From: Carcharhinus longimanus
Taxonomy: Eukaryota
Reading direction: 5' to 3'
NCBI GenBank assembly: GCA_030264375.1
Contig: JASCQW010000130.1
Coordinates: forward strand, 17,588,696 to 17,652,695
Length of the DNA stretch: 64,000 nucleotides
Made by a program: the position numbers and the translations under genes
In this document: piece after piece, positions 1 through 11,791 of the stretch
Numbering within the stretch: the first letter of the stretch is position 1
Layout: every line of letters begins with the position of its first letter
Notes under the pieces: model-generated
Databases searched by the model: none
The model's input: the letters and a program-made list of their open reading frames with translations, nothing else
What the model was told of the DNA's origin: nothing

Positions 1-326
1 ACAAACAGGGCATATAAAGACACAAACTCAATTTACAAAATAATGATTGGAATGCGAGTCTTTACAGCTAATCAAGTTTTAAAGGTACAGACAATGTGCT
101 TAACATTCTCTCCACTCACATTGTCTGTACCTTTAAAACTTGATTAGCTGTGAAGACTCACATTCCAATCATTATTTTGTAAATTGAGTTTGTGTCTTTA
201 TATGCCCTGTTTGTGAATAGAGCTCCCACTCACTTGACGGAGGGGTAACAAACGCTCCGAAAGCTAGTGGCTTTTGCGACAAAATAAATCTGTTGGACTT
301 TAACCTGGTGTTGTGAGACTACTTAC
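1..326. mobile_element. Penelope family A pseudo-LTR pair forming a fold-back
   Basis: 1-98 is the near-perfect reverse complement of about 117-214. The sequence is homologous to 5391-5612. Confidence 0.85.
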
Positions 327-711
327 CATGGTTTACAAAGGCAGTTCACCACCACCTTCTCGAACACGATCAGGGTTGGGGAATAAATGCTGGCCCAGCC
401 AATAATGCTGTAAAAAAGACAAATTTCAAATTCTCAGACCAGGACCATTTCCAGGTCCCCTGCACCGCGATTCTGAGTGTGCGCCCGCTGGCGTGATCCT
501 GTCAGAGAGAACCTCCTAATTGTCTGCTTCTGCCGTCAAATTAAGGATGGTGGCCAGGTTCCTGAGACTGTCAGCCCGTTCAGAGGAAGCTTTGAAAGCA
601 GTTAGACTAAGCTGAGTGCTGTTGCTACAAGTTTTGGGACTGTGGAGGCAGCTCCATCTTGAGGCCCGTCTGAAGAACTGGTTGCCCCCCTCCCCCCCCA
701 ATGCCGACACT

Positions 712-1222
712 ATAGTTAAGAAAGCCCACAACGCCTCTTCTTTCTCAGGAGACTAAGCAAATTTGGTTGTCCACTACAACTGTCATCAACTCCTACAGAA
801 GCACCATAGAAAGCATTCTTTCTGTTGTATCACAGTTTGGTTCCTGTTCTGCCCAAGACCACAAGAAACCACAAAGGGCTGTGAACGAAACCCAATCCAT
901 CACTCAAACCCACCTCCCATCCATTCACAATGTCTACACTTCCCACTGCCTCGGCAAAGCATCCAGCATATTCAAGGACATTCTCTCTTCCACTTTTTTC
1001 CATTGGGAAAAGAACAAATGTCTGAGGTCACATACCAACCGACTCAAGAACAGCTTCTTCTTTGCTGCCAGCAGACTTTTGGATGGATCTATCTTGCATT
1101 AAGTTGATTTTTCTCTACACCCTAGCTATGACTGTACACTACATTCTGCAGTCTCTCCTACTCGACATACAGTACGCTTTGTATAGCGTGCAAGAAACAA
1201 TACTTTTCACTGTATACTTGTA
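712..1222 (+). mobile_element. Rex1/Babar-type LINE 3' fragment
   Basis: KKAH..FLRRLSKFG / YRSTIESILS...HTNRLKNSFFFAASRLLD C-terminal motifs. Confidence 0.8.
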
Positions 1223-1439
1223 CATGTGACAAATCAGATCAAGGAACTCTGGATTTTTTTAAAACTGTGTCAGTCCTTCCAGGCCCAGTTTGATGCACTG
1301 TTCGCAATTTGGAGCCAACGTTAATCTTACATTCTTAATTCCAAATGCCGATTGGATTTAAATTGAAGGTTAGCAGGGTTGCTTATTCATAAAGTATGAG
1401 GATATTTTTCTTTAAATAATGAATGTTTATCTTTTACAG

Positions 1440-1593
1440 GGGGACGTATGATATATTTGTCACTTTGGATGGATTGCAAAGGTGCGTTGGGGCCTATGAT
1501 AATCGTGGTAGCTTTGGTGAGCTGGCGTTGATGTACAATACTCCCAGAGCAGCTACCATTGTTGCGACCTCTAATGGAGCACTGTGGGGTCTG
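1440..1593 (+). CDS. PRKAR2B: PRKAR2B coding exon (human exon 6 equivalent), cAMP-binding domain A
   Basis: ttttacAG acceptor, CTG|GTAAGT donor. Encodes (R)[51 protein letters not shown], including the phosphate-binding cassette [14 protein letters not shown]. Confidence 0.97.
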
Positions 1594-1769
1594 GTAAGTG
1601 TTGGGGGAACTTGGATATTATAAATGAATACGTTATATGTTGTCCAGTCAGTGCAGTTGAAATGAGAAACTAATGCATGAGACATTGAAAATCCCAAATG
1701 GTTTTTAATAGTCACTTATCTGAAAACACTTATCTGAAATTTGTGGAATTGAAATTTAGGCCCAACTGT

Positions 1770-2660
1770 CTTCAGCTGCTTCAATTTCCCTCCACCATAA
1801 GGTCAGAAGTAGGGAGGTTCACTGATGACTACATGATATTCACAACGACTCAGATACTGAAGCAGTTCATGTCCCAATGCAGCAAGACCTGGACAACATT
1901 CAGGCTTGGACTGGTAAATGACAAGTAACATTCATGCTACAGAAGTGCCATGCAATGACTATCTCCATCAAGGGAGACCCTAACCATCACCCCATGACTT
2001 TCAATGGTATTAGTCCAATTATCAACATCATGGGGTTTATCATTGACCAGAAACTGAACAGGACCAGCCATATAAATACTGTGGCTACAAGAACAAGTTG
2101 GAGGCTGGGAATCCTGCAGAGAGTAACTCACCCCTGACTCCCCAAAGCCTGTCCGCCATCTAGAAGGCACAAGTCAGGAGTGTGATGGAATACTCATCTG
2201 GATGAGTGCAGCTTCAACACTCAAAAATCTTGACACCATGCTGAATAAAGCAGCCCACTTGATTGGCACAGCATCCACAAATATTCACTCCCTACACCAC
2301 TGTGTCTCAGTGGCAGCAATGTATACCATCTACAAGATGCACTGCAGCAACTCACCAAAGCGCCTTCAACATCACCTTCCAAACCCTTCTAGGTGACCTT
2401 TGCCACCTAGAAGAAGAGAAGCAGATGCATGGGAACACCTGGAGGTTCCTCTCCAAACCACACACCATCCTAACATGGAACTATGTTGCCTTTCCTCCAC
2501 TGTTGCTGGGTCAAAATTCTGGAACTACCTTCATATCAGCATTCAGAGTGTATCTGTATATAGTTCAAGGAGATTGCTCAATTTCTCTTGGGCAATTAGG
2601 GATGAACAATATATATTGACCTAGCCAACTATGCCCACATCACAAAAATGAATATTAAAA
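1770..2660 (+). mobile_element. Decayed CR1-like LINE 3' end
   Basis: FPSTIRSEVGRFTDD (RT FADD-like), IDQKLNRTSHINTVATR, NIHSLHH; tail gggcaattagggatg...atgaat. Confidence 0.8.
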
Positions 2661-3138
2661 AAAAAGCCCAGTGGAATAGGATGACTATTGAAAGATTTTG
2701 CAGAAATATTCTCATAATGACTTTACTGGCCCTAAAATGCTCAATATATTTTACAACACTCTCCCATGCATCTTACATCCTGAACACTGAAACTCTGACT
2801 AAACTGTAACTTGGTGTAAGGTGAGTAATCTGACAGTTTTGATGTAGCTATAGAATAGTGTTACTTCTCCCCCCGTGAATATGGTTAACCTTAGAAAGTC
2901 ACATGTTTTGACCATCTCTGGTGGACTTTCTCCTATAACCACTTAACTATTTCGCCTAATGTTGCTTCCAGAATGATGTTCGGTTGGGACGTAACAATTT
3001 TGAGCCAGTGACAATGACAATATGTCCCGTCAAAGAGGTGTGTGACTTCCAGACCAAGCTAGAGGCGATAATGAAGTGGATAGATGGTCAAACATGAAAA
3101 AGATTATGCATATGATAATATCTCCATGAGCAGCAACG

Positions 3139-3446
3139 TAGAATCTCTACAATACAGAAGGCGGCCATTCAGCCCATCAATTCTGCACCAATCACAGTCC
3201 CACTAGACCCTATTCCTGTAAAGCACACATTTTACCCTGCAAAACCCCCACACGCTAGGGTCAATGTACCATAGCCAATCAACCTAATCTGCACGTCTAT
3301 GGAGTATCGGAGGAAACCGGAGCACCCGGCAGAAACCCCATAGACGTTGGGAAGAACATGCAAACTCCAGACAGACAGCGATCAAGGCTGGAATTGACCT
3401 GGGTCCCTGGTGCTGTGAGGCAGCAGAGCTAATCACTGTGCCGCCC
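3139..3446 (-). mobile_element. HE1/V-type tRNA-derived SINE
   Basis: Conserved core ggaggaaaccggagcacccgg.agaaaccca..catgcaaactcca and LINE-derived tail. Confidence 0.85.
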
Positions 3447-3805
3447 AACATGTTAAATGAACCAAACGTCAGGGCCGTAGGCCTCAGTGAGTGTGACTGG
3501 GTTGGAGGGGAAACCATTTTTAGAGATATGCTACTGTCACTGGACGTAAACCAAACTTAGCCAGGCCCTCGAAGTGAGAATGTGGAGTATGAGGGAATGG
3601 GCAGTTGTGACAACAAAAAGCCAAGACATTCAGGACAAGGAAAGATAACGACTATAGTTACAGTTAATTTTCATAGAAACTTCAACTAATATCATCTTGC
3701 TGCTATGAGCGCTTGGTGCTCATGTTACAGGGCTTAAAAGATCAAATTTTGAGGTGGCTACCTTTGTGGCAATGATATCTATTCAATATTGCATTTACTT
3801 TCAGC

Positions 3806-5612
3806 CATGATGTGGAGATGCCAGCATTGGACTGGGGTAAGCACAGTATCACAAGACCAGGTTAAAGTCCAACAGGTTTATTTGGTAGCACAAGCCGCAA
3901 GCACTGCCCCTTCATCAGGTGAATAGGAATTGTGTTCACAAACAGGGCATGTACAGACACAAACTCAATTTACAAGATAATGGTTGGAATTTGAGTCTTT
4001 ACAGGTAATCAAGTCTTAAGGCTGCAGACAATGTGAGTGGAGAGAGGGCCAAGCACAGGTTAAAGATGTGTCTGTTGTCTCCAGCCAGGACAGGTAGCGA
4101 GATTTTGCAAGCCCAGACAAGTTGGGGGGGTTACAGATAGTGTGACATGACACAAGATCCCGGTTGAGGTCATCCTCACGTGTGCGGGATTTGGCTATCA
4201 GTCTCTGCTCAGTGATTCTGTGCTGTCGTGTGTCGTGAAGGCTGCCTTGGAGAATTCTTACCCGAAGATCAGAAGTTGAATGCCCATGACTGCTGAAGTC
4301 TTCCCCAACAGGAAGAGAACACTCCTGCCTGGTGGTTGTTGAGCAGTGTTCGTTCATCCGTTGTTGTAGCATCTGCATGGTCTCCCCACCGTACCATGCC
4401 TCATGTCATCCTTTCCTGCATCAAGGACGGTCATCTCAATGTACCGCAAACCCATGGATAACCTCTCCATGCTCCACCTCTCCAGCTTCTACCCTAAACA
4501 TATTAAAGGAGCCATCCCCTACAGACAAGCCGTCCATATACACAGGATCTGCTCAGATGAGGAGAATCGCAACAGACACTTCCAAATGCTTAAAGATGCC
4601 CTCATGAGAACAGGGTATGGCACTCGACTCATCAATTGATATTTCCAATGCGCCACAGTGAAAAACCACACCAACCTCCTCAGAAGACAAAAACGGGACA
4701 CAGTGGACAAAGTACCCTTCGTCGTCCAGTACTTCCCTGGAGCGGAGAAGCTACGACATCTTCTCCCAGAGCCTTCAACATGTCATTGATGAAGACGAAC
4801 ATCTCGCCAAGGCCATCCCCACACCCCCACTTCTTGCCTTCAAACNNNNNNNNNNNNNNNNNNNNNNNNNNNNNNNNNNNNNNNNNNNNNNNNNNNNNNN
4901 NNNNNNNNNNNNNNNNNNNNNNNNNNNNNNNNNNNNNNNNNNNNNNNNNNNNNNNNNNNNNNNNNNNNNNNNNNNNNNNNNNNNNNNNNNNNNNNNNNNN
5001 NNNNNNNNNNNNNNNNNNNNNNNNNNNNNNNNNNNNNNNNNNNNNNNNNNNNNNNNNNNNNNNNNNNNNNNNNNNNNNNNNNNNNNNNNNNNNNNNNNNN
5101 NNNNNNNNNNNNNNNNNNNNNNNNNNNNNNNNNNNNNNNNNNNNNNNNNNNNNNNNNNNNNNNNNNNNNNNNNNNNNNNNNNNNNNNNNNNNNNNNNNNN
5201 NNNNNNNNNNNNNNNNNNNNNNNNNNNNNNNNNNNNNNNNNNNNNNNNNNNNNNNNNNNNNNNNNNNNNNNNNNNNNNNNNNNNNNNNNNNNNNNNNNNN
5301 NNNNNNNNNNNNNNNNNNNNNNNNNNNNNNNNNNNNNNNNNNNNNNNNNNNNNNNNNNNNNNNNNNNNNNNNNNNNNNNNNNNNNNNNNNAACCCTCTCT
5401 CCACTCACATTGTCTGTACCTTTAAGACTTGATGACCTGTAAAGATTCGCATTCCAACTAGTATCTTGTAAATTGAGTTTGTGCCTTTTATATGGCCTGT
5501 TTGTGAACACAACTCGCACTTACCTGATGAAGGGGCAGTGCTTCGAAAGCTTGTGGCTTATGCTACCAAATAAACCTGGTGGACTTTAACTTGGTGTTGT
5601 GAGACTTCTTAC
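3806..5612. mobile_element. Penelope-like element with inverted 5' copy (family A)
   Basis: - strand 4016-4402: GIY-YIG C-terminal region (EAWYGGETMQMLQQRMNEH...LPVGEDFSSHGH...LNRD). + strand 4418-4845: RT C-terminal region (YRKPMDN..LHLSSFYPKHIKGAIPYRQA..HRICSDE). Pseudo-LTRs in opposite orientation at 3806-4050 and 5391-5612. Confidence 0.88.
5521..5555 (+). ncRNA. Minimal type I hammerhead ribozyme motif in a Penelope pseudo-LTR
   Basis: tac-CTGATGA-a-ggggc(agt)gcttc-GAAA-gc-TT-gtg: intact catalytic boxes, stem II and a short palindromic stem III. Confidence 0.7.
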
Positions 5613-5935
5613 TTTACTCTCAGCAACAGGGACTTTGACTCTGTTTGACTTGGACGGACAAGAGCAGTAGGCTACTGTTGTGCACCATCTTGTGGCTAAA
5701 CTTAGGCATTGCTGACAGATGTTTGGGAAGACCTGGGAAAGGGGATTGAATAGGGTAAAGGTATTAATCCATCGTTGTATCACTGACCGGTGCGTTAGTA
5801 CATTGCAAGAATATACTTTCTAGTGAAATTGATCAAAGCATTACAAGCAGTCAAATATACAAATTAATAAAACTGAAAAAATAATTCTGCAATTTAACTT
5901 GATTCTATGAATTAACTAGCTCCCTATTTTTCTAG

Positions 5936-6037
5936 GACAGGGCAACTTTTCGTAGAATTATTGTCAAAAACAACGCCAAAAAGAGGAAATTGTATGAAGA
6001 ATTTGTCAAGTCGCTGCCACTTCTAAAGTCACTCGAA
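5936..6037 (+). CDS. PRKAR2B: PRKAR2B coding exon (exon 7 equivalent)
   Basis: tttttctAG / GAA|GTAAGT, 102 nt. Encodes [34 protein letters not shown], in frame with its neighbours. Confidence 0.97.
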
Positions 6038-6074
6038 GTAAGTAGGGTTTCCGTGATTCTGTGTTGCCTGGGCT

Positions 6075-6500
6075 TGAAAATGCAGCTATGAGGAGAGATT
6101 GGACACACTGGTGGCTTTTTTTCTTTAAAACAGCGGAAGCTGAGAGGTGAACTAATTAAAGTGCAAAAATATGAGGAGCCTTGATAAGATAGACAGGCAA
6201 GACCTGTTTCCCTGCCCGGAAGGTCACTTACCAGGGGGCATAGATTTAAGATAATGGAAGAAGGATCAGAGGGGACGTAAGGGAAATCTTTTTCATCCTA
6301 GGGCGATGGACATCTGGAATTCCCTGCCAGAATTGGTGTTTGAGGCTGAAAAGATACCAGGATCTGAAGTATTGTCATCTCCAAGGTTACGAACCAGGTG
6401 TTGAAAAGTGGCATTGAAATGAGTGGCTACTTTCCTTTTTAGGCCAGCGCAGACGCAATGGGCTGAATGGCCTCTCTAAGCTGTAATTTTACCATTGTCG
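6075..6500 (+). mobile_element. CR1 LINE 3' end
   Basis: agctatgaggagagattgga...gggcatagatttaag...gggctgaatggcct tail. Confidence 0.75.
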
Positions 6501-6827
6501 TTGGATGCTACATTGAACCTACAATTCTGCCCTTGCAAGCTTAAAATTGTGTTAAGGGTGTAAATATATTATTTAATAATGTGTACAAATTGATAGAGCT
6601 AAGAAATTTGGAATTCCCATAAATTTTAATGTGAATAAATGATTAACAGCAAATCACAGCAATAATTAGACAATCTGACACATTCTATCCATTATTTTTG
6701 TTTCCATTATGTAACTAAGTACTTCGAGCCGATTTTCGGAATAAATGCTTTGGACATTTACCCACAAACTCGATGGATATTACAACTTGCAAATCTATTG
6801 AGAATTTAGGCCAAGCCTTTTCGTAAG

Positions 6828-7046
6828 CAAAAAGAGAAAACACTGGAAGTACTCATCAGGTTTGGCAGTGTTTGGAGACACAAACAGAATTAACATTTCA
6901 GGCCTGTGATTTTTTTTCCCCCCCAGTTGTGATGAAGGGTCACAAGCCCGAAATGTTAAATGTTTCTGATGCTGCCGTAACCAGCTGATTTATTTTCAGC
7001 CTCTTCCCTTTTCAGATTCCCAGCATCCGCAAGACTCTGCTTTTCA
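6828..7046. mobile_element. Inverted pair of short Penelope-derived repeats (family C) with degenerate hammerhead
   Basis: gttGTGATGAagggtcacaagcccGAAAtgttaa..gatgctgcc..ttcagattcccagcatccgca, preceded by its own reverse complement. Related copies near 18090-18250, 37340-37395, 38975-39060 and 42420-42510. Confidence 0.6.
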
Positions 7047-7109
7047 GACTAGCTGTATGTTTGTGTGAAACATTGCTACCAATAACAGGAAATTCTTTCA
7101 AATCTCAAG

Positions 7110-7184
7110 CTAGGGGAACGGATGAAGGTCGTTGATGTGTTTGGAACTAAAACGTACAAAGATGAAGAACAAATCATTGCTCAG
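7110..7184 (+). CDS. PRKAR2B: PRKAR2B coding exon (exon 8 equivalent)
   Basis: ctcaAG acceptor, CAG|GTACAG donor, 75 nt. Encodes LGERMKVVDVFGTKTYKDEEQIIAQ. Confidence 0.93.
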
Positions 7185-7413
7185 GTACAGCATTTTTTCT
7201 TCTTCTGTTGCATAGGGTACGATTCCAAAAGCTGTTCACAGTGGGTTCAAAACACGGAAAAACTCAAACCATTGGCATAATAAAGCTTTTTTTTAAAACA
7301 TGGCATTGACTTAAATAATTGTCGTTCTTGGTTTTGAATTTTGAGAAGTTGAAGTATTTTGACCAAGGATTAAGATTTTTGAATGGTTGTGAAGAATGAA
7401 TACTAGTATAACA

Positions 7414-7648
7414 GTCACCGCCTGTGTGGAGTTTGCATGTTCTCCCTCTATCTGCGTGGGTTTTCTCCGGGTGCTCCGGTTTACTCCCACAGTCCAAAAA
7501 TGTGTGGGTAAGGTGGATTGGCTGTGCTTAACTGACCCGAGTGTCGGGGGTTAGCAAGGGTAATTGTGTGGGGTTGCAGGGTGGGATTGTGGTCAGTGGA
7601 GATTTGATGGGCTGAATGGCCTCCTTCTGCACTGTTGGGATTCTATGA
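7414..7648 (+). mobile_element. HE1/V-type SINE, 5' truncated
   Basis: tgtgtggagtttgcatgttctccc...gggtgctccggttt...ggattctatga. Confidence 0.85.
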
Positions 7649-7744
7649 CAAATTAAATTTATCTCCGTGAAGTGATGGATTTTGCTAATAAGGAAAGGTT
7701 TAATGAAATAAACAGTACAGTTTTCTTTTAAAGTGGATATATAT

Positions 7745-8635
7745 ATCCCCAAGTCATTGAAAGTGACAGAATAAATCGAGAAGACTGGAAGAAATCAAAT
7801 CTAAAGGATCCTTGGTTTTATTACTGGAGGAATAGAGTACAAAAGCGAGAATGTTATACAAAACCTTTATAAAAGATGGGTTAGGCCTCTGCTGGAGCAA
7901 GATGCTTTAGGGAGGATGTCAAGGCCTTAAAGAGGGACTAGAAGACATTTATTAGCATGGTACCAGGAATGAGGATTTAAAAAAAAAACATTCATAGGAT
8001 TTGAGTATCACTGGCTAGGTTTGTATTTATTGCCATTCCTTAATTTCAGTTGAGAAGGGCAGTCAGTTATGTAGCTAAACCGGAGCTGAGAAGGTTAAAA
8101 GCAGATTTGATTAAGTTGTTCAATGTCATAAATGGTTCTGGTAAAATAAATACCAAGAAATTGTTTGCAGATGGAGCAGTAACGAGAGGGCACAGAGTTA
8201 AGGTGATTGGCAAAAGAGCCAGAGGTGACATTTGTAAAACATGCAAATGTGAATTTTTTTTTTACACAGCAAGTCATTGTGTTCTAAAATTAAAATGCAC
8301 TGTCTGAATGGGCACTGGAAACAGATTTAATATTAGCTTTTAGAAAGTGAATTGGAAAACCAATTAAAGGAAAAAAAATCACAAGGCTATGAAGAACAAG
8401 CAGGAGAGTGGAATTAATTGGGTAAGATGGTATAGAGGGATATGGGCCAAATGCGGGCAATTTGGACTAGCTTAGTGGTTTTAAAAAAAGGGGGGTTGGC
8501 ATGGACATGTTGGGCCAAAGGGCCTGTTTCCATGCTATAAACCTCTATGACTCTGACTCTATAACTGTATCAAAGAGTTAGCATAGGAATGATAGGCCAT
8601 ATGGCAGCCTTCTATTTGTACAATTCTGTGATTTT
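7745..8635 (+). mobile_element. CR1 LINE 3' end containing a second nested LINE tail (about 8424-8560)
   Basis: LRRLKADLIKLFNVING..TRGHRVKVIGKR; inner tail gggccaaagggcctgtttccatgct...ctatgactct. Confidence 0.7.
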
Positions 8636-10244
8636 AAACAATATGGTGAATGCAATAAATTTGTGGCCCATGGTTAAAATGACCAGTCAAGCTTTGCAGG
8701 CTCAATTTCAGAGAAATTTAGTTTATTCATGTTGGGTCCTGTGTGATTGAAGCTATCAATATACATGACTACAGTTAGTACAGAGTTGGACAATGCTCTC
8801 ACTCTGCCACCTCAGAATTCTCCTTTCCCTCCTTCCATTGCTTTTTTCTTTCTTTCCCCCTGTCATTGTTCGATGTTGTTTTCCTCTTCTGTTTGATTCG
8901 AATGGGGAACAGAAAGAGGCAACACAACTGGAACTCAGGCAGGTGTCTGTGCGACAGTCAGCAGCATCAAGGCTCAGATGGCTAATCCACAGTCTAGCAT
9001 CAGAGTTGAGTAAATGGATAGGTTAGAAGCAGCCACATTATGGGAGTCCGCTCGGTAAGTGGTGTTGTGACTCAGCTGATGGGCGAGATACAAGAAACAA
9101 CATTGATATTAGTATGGTGTATCTGGAAGCTGGAGACACTCATGTACGTTCGGAACAGAGACAGTGTTTCCTGGTTAAGTAGCTGTCACTGGGTCTGTTT
9201 GGAGGATGGTGACTCAACCTTTCTGACTCCAGGTCAGTCTGTTGTTCCAGTGTGAAGTATTCCCCTTTCCTGTTGCAGGACAGAGCTGCAGATTGGAGTA
9301 GTAAGTGCCGTTAATGATGAATCAATTCTGCAAAAACTCTGCCAGTGGGGCAGAACTGTACAAAAATCAGAGCAGTTGACCACCTATTGTCTTAACGTCA
9401 GATCGGCGTGCAAGTGTTGCTCCTTCCGACTCGGGTCTTGTCCAGGGGATCCACAATTCTGTGGGTCTCAACCGATGGAGGAGAGTGGTGTTGCTGGAAT
9501 GGATGGGGAAGGGATGCATCATCTCTGTGGACTTAATGCTGAGAAACCTGTCAGCATTGTTGTGTCAGCTTTTCAGGATTGTGAGAGTGGAAGATCAGTT
9601 ACTCCTCTCAGCAGGAGACCTGAAGGCTGATCTTTGAGTCGGGCAGTATTGCTAGATGAGCGGGAAGTTGGACATGCTGTGTTTCATCTGTGCCACAATA
9701 CAGCATTGGATTTCATTCATTCTCTCGACTGCCTCCTCCTGTGGCTCCATATATCAGTGTCCTCTTGTATCTTTATTCATTCCACAGCCAACGCTTTGTC
9801 ATCACAGGGAACCACTTCTTCCCACGAACCCTTGATCTTCTATTCCAGCTGTTTACATAGCCACATCAAATACGATTTAAAATAGAGGAACGGCCGTTTA
9901 AGAGCTGCTAATCTCTTGACTCCTCAGCCCCTTCCATTCTTAGTAAGCAATCTGCGGGTTTCTGAAAATGTGAAGTGAGCACATGATTACTATTTAAACA
10001 AGTTGACCTTGTAGAATCCAGTGGAGTTGGATTTGACTTTCCCATGAACAAGTCAGGCTGATGCAACCTAACCTGGCTGATTTATTCCCCAGAATGGTAT
10101 AATCAGCTCGGTAGTGCTTTATCATTCTGAAATCTTGCACAACTTGACACCACAAATCCACCTTCTCAGCTGACTGAAGGTAGCACAACCATATAGTGAC
10201 AGCAATAACAGTGTATTTATATAGTACCTTTAATGTAATGGAAC

Positions 10245-10560
10245 ATCATAGAATAGAAGCCCTACAGAGCAGGTGGAGGCCATTCAGTCCACCAAGCCTA
10301 ACAGCACCAACAACAATCCCATTCAGGGCATATCCCTGTGACCCAACATATTTACCCAGCTAATCTCCCTGACACTATGGGGCAATTCAGCATAGCCAAT
10401 CAACTTAACCTGCACATTTTTGGACTGTGGGAGGAACCTGGAGAACCCAGAGGAAACACATGCAAACACAGAAAGCACATGCAAACTCCGTGCACACACA
10501 GTCACCCAAGGCCAGAATTGAACCCATGTCCCTGGTGCTGTCAGGCAGCAGTGCTGTGCC
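10245..10560 (-). mobile_element. HE1/V-type SINE
   Basis: Same core and tail as 3139-3446. Confidence 0.85.
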
Positions 10561-10689
10561 CCTAAATGCTAAGCTGCTTCATAGCAACATTATAAAATGA
10601 AGTACGGCTTCAAGTAAAGAGATATTAGGTCAGATGATCAAAAGCTTGGTCAAAAAGGTAGTTTTAAGGAGTGTCTTCAAGGTAGGCTA

Positions 10690-11120
10690 AAAGGTTAACG
10701 AGGGAAAAGACTAAAAGTCTGAGAAAAAGCTAGCTGGAAACAAAAGGACAGATAGTAAATGTTTCTGTATCTTTTTTAAAAAAAGAGTTAACAACGTGAG
10801 TGGTGATTCTATAGAAATTGAGTCTGGGGAATTAATAATGGAAAATAAGGAAATGGCAGATGAATTGATCAGGTATTTTGCATCAGAATACAAGTAACAT
10901 CCCAGAAGTAGCTGTGAATCAGGAATTGGGAGACAAGAACTCCGGAAAATAGCAATCAGCAGGGAAGTGATACTGAACAAGTTCTTGGAGCTGCAGGCTG
11001 ACAATCCCCATGTCCTGGTAGATGTCATCCTAGGGTCTGAAAAGAAGTAGCTAGTGAGATAGTGAATGTGTTGGTTTTAATTTTCCAAAATTCCCTAGAT
11101 CCGGAGAAAGTTCCGTTTGC
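10690..11120 (+). mobile_element. CR1 ORF2 internal fragment
   Basis: gggaattaataatggaaaataaggaaatggcagatgaattg...ttttccaaaattccctagat. Confidence 0.7.
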
Positions 11121-11270
11121 CTGGATTTGCCGGGTATGCCAATGGCAATATGGGTACAACATCCCCTGCTTACGTATATGGGACGTCCCTTCCAAATGGA
11201 GCTCTCTAGTGGGCTCCTCCAGCACTGCTGTTGGACCAGCGAGGGGGAAGTGGGAGAGACCCTAATGTGA

Positions 11271-11604
11271 GGGAACATATGGTAACACAGTGATTAACAC
11301 TGCTGCCTCACAGCGCCAGGGTCCCAAGGTGGATTCCAGCTTTGAGTGACCAACTCTGGAATTTGCATGTTCTCCTCGTGTCTGCATGGTTTCCTCGGGT
11401 GCTCTGATTCCTTCCCACAGTCTAACACGTGTGGGCAAGGTACACACTGGCCACGCAAATTTGTCCCTTAGTGTCCCAGGATGCCTAGGTTAGACACATT
11501 AATGGGGTAAATCTGTGATGTTACGGGGATAGGCCCTGGGTGGGATTGTGGTTTCGTTCGAATGGGCCGAATGTCCGCCTCCTACACTGTAGGGATTCTA
11601 TGAT
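11271..11604 (+). mobile_element. HE1/V-type SINE
   Basis: ggtaacacagtgattaacactgctgcctcacagcgccaggg head, core and tail. Confidence 0.85.
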
Positions 11605-11645
11605 CCCGTGAAAGTCAGAAAGTGAGAATCTCGCTGGCAAGATCT

Positions 11646-11791
11646 TGGGTGGAATTTTCCTTTCCCAACTGCCACGGGAATCGTAGGGGGAAGGACATAC
11701 GGCAGGGAAAATTTGGCAGATGACTTAAAGGTCTGTTGAACTTGGGTGTAAATTTCCAGTCTTGGGCTCGTGCAGCTGGAAAATACCACCA
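11646..11791. mobile_element. MITE-like element with short terminal inverted repeats
   Basis: tgggtggaattttcc ... ggaaaataccacca. Related copy at about 20240-20375; similar termini at 13758-14525. Confidence 0.55.

Noticed and set aside
4636-5519. Long ORFs spanning N runs (also near 13.0-13.5, 14.0-14.4, 25.8-26.7 and 34.2-35.0 kb)
   Set aside because: Artefacts of assembly gaps translated as X.
8930-9760. GC-richer block with several short ORFs in a PRKAR2B intron
   Set aside because: No coherent protein or splice pattern; probably a decayed DNA-transposon remnant, but I cannot assign it.
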